Shown here in pieces: positions 63,035 to 64,000 of a stretch of DNA of 64,000 bases. Source of the stretch: a virus (taxonomy: Duplodnaviria > Caudoviricetes); IMG/VR virus record IMGVR_UViG_3300017747_002922, positions 13,918-77,917 of that record; one strand, 5' to 3'. Every line of letters starts with the position of its first letter. Position 1 is the stretch's first letter. The position numbers were made by a program, and so were the translations under genes. The notes under the pieces were generated by a model that saw only the letters and a program-made list of their open reading frames with translations, was not told where the DNA came from and did not search any database.

Positions 63035-63166
63035 GGGAGTCTCCAGCGATGGCCGCTGTTGAGGTTCAGTGAGGCTCGGGTCGTGCGGACTCGGGCCTCA
63101 CGTCATTCTACCACGTCCAACGCCGGTTCGTGGTCTACAGCGCGAGGTCCCCTGAATGGCCGCGCC

Positions 63167-63206
63167 CTGTCAGCCGTTGACAGGACCACGGGCGAGGGAG
63201 TACAGG
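63167..63206 (+). promoter_or_regulatory. Promoter with a palindromic operator over the -35
   Basis: CTGTCA-N5-TGACAG overlapping TTGACA-N18-TACAGG. Confidence 0.5.
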
Positions 63207-63226
63207 GAGGGGGAGAGGAATCCGCC

Positions 63227-63469
63227 ATGCTCACTTCGTTCGATCCCAACTGGTTCAACCTGTCCGCCCCCGGCTTCGTGTGGCGGTGTCGCCTGATCAA
63301 GCCGTGGAACGCCTTCCACCGCGTCTATGACCAGGAGTGGGCGCGAACCGCCGAGGAGCCCGCCCGTCAGTGGGGATTCGGCCTCCTTCAGATCGGCCAC
63401 CGGCACCTGCTGTTCATCGGCCACGCCTACATCTACGTGGGGTTCGTCCGTGTGTGGGGGTCCCGATGA
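63227..63469 (+). CDS. Trp/Phe-rich hypothetical protein
   Basis: GAGGA RBS. Confidence 0.55.
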   Translation: MLTSFDPNWFNLSAPGFVWRCRLIKPWNAFHRVYDQEWARTAEEPARQWGFGLLQIGHRHLLFIGHAYIYVGFVRVWGSR

Positions 63470-63921
63470 GCACCCACCCACCCCTGAACACGCCCCTGTC
63501 CGCCTTCACGCCCGAGATGCTGGAACGGTTGCCCGTGGGGTCGAGGTTCGGTGTGCCGCCCGGACACCCTGGCAACGTCGAGGTGGAGAAGGTGGCCGGC
63601 GGCGGATGGCAGCACGTCGGACGGGACCGCCCACCCGAACAGGGTGACGCGCTACTCGGTGTGCGCCCCCTCATCCGCGTAGGCCCCGAGCAGGCCGCCG
63701 ACCCCGGACCCCTGCCGGACCCGTGGCCCGGGATGATCGCTGAAGTCCAGGCAGACCGCGAGGAGGAGTGGGACCGGGGCACGATCCGCCGCGCCTACCG
63801 TGCCCGTCACGGCGCCGTGTACGTTCACGTCGACGGACTGGAGGACCCAGTGCAGTGGCGCGCCGACCACATCCGCGAGGTCCGCACCGCGACCGGCGAA
63901 GTGCTCTGGAGGCGGGCGTGA
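63466..63921 (+). CDS. Hypothetical protein
   Basis: ATGA overlap. Confidence 0.6.
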   Translation: MSTHPPLNTPLSAFTPEMLERLPVGSRFGVPPGHPGNVEVEKVAGGGWQHVGRDRPPEQGDALLGVRPLIRVGPEQAADPGPLPDPWPGMIAEVQADREEEWDRGTIRRAYRARHGAVYVHVDGLEDPVQWRADHIREVRTATGEVLWRRA

Positions 63922-64000
63922 GTCGGCCCCTCTCCTCCTTCACCGTCGCCGAGCTTGACGCGCTCCCCATCGGCTACCGGTTCGTGGACCCGAGCGACGG
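63918..64000 (+). CDS. Hypothetical protein (partial; N-terminus paralogous to the previous gene)
   Basis: GGAGG RBS; PLSSFTVAELDALPIGYRF versus PLSAFTPEMLERLPVGSRF. Confidence 0.55.
   Translation, partial: MSRPLSSFTVAELDALPIGYRFVDPSD

Noticed and set aside
1-64000. tRNA, rRNA, integrase, transposase, portal, large terminase, DNA polymerase
   Set aside because: No recognisable motifs by eye. Portal and TerL probably lie outside the window; tRNAscan would be needed to exclude tRNAs formally.
1-64000. Stop-codon reassignment
   Set aside because: Conserved genes (dnaB, dnaN, ssb, queC, capsid) are full length under the standard code.

Overview
The whole window is a high-GC tailed-phage genome segment with podovirus-like architecture. 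The host is probably Myxococcota or another deltaproteobacterium, judged only from the appearance of the SSB and beta clamp. Layout: (1) 1-26.4 kb (+): scaffold, major capsid, decoration, adaptor, nozzle and collar genes, then ejection proteins including a 3283-aa polyvalent protein, and an accessory fibre/SGNH module. (2) 26.4-36.7 kb (-): a chain of small accessory genes, an amidase endolysin, and a PD-(D/E)XK exonuclease plus annealing-protein pair. (3) 36.8-52.2 kb (+): a repressor-like HTH, SSB, RusA, beta clamp, SF2 helicase, amino-MTase, TGT/DpdA-like plus QueC, a Mom-like gene, an initiator with internal iterons, a loader and DnaB. (4) 52.2-60.6 kb (-) and 60.7-64 kb (+): a C5-MTase with a nested gene, then an early region of promoter/hairpin/small-ORF cassettes around a TerS-like gene and an HNH gene. 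Portal, large terminase, integrase, DNA polymerase, tRNAs and CRISPR arrays were not seen. Most notable: four candidate DNA-modification systems within 11 kb; a two-frame C5-MTase; a cassette-built ejection protein; a repeated covarying RNA hairpin element; and a promoter family with a conserved spacer motif. All family calls come from reading motifs by eye; no database search was run.
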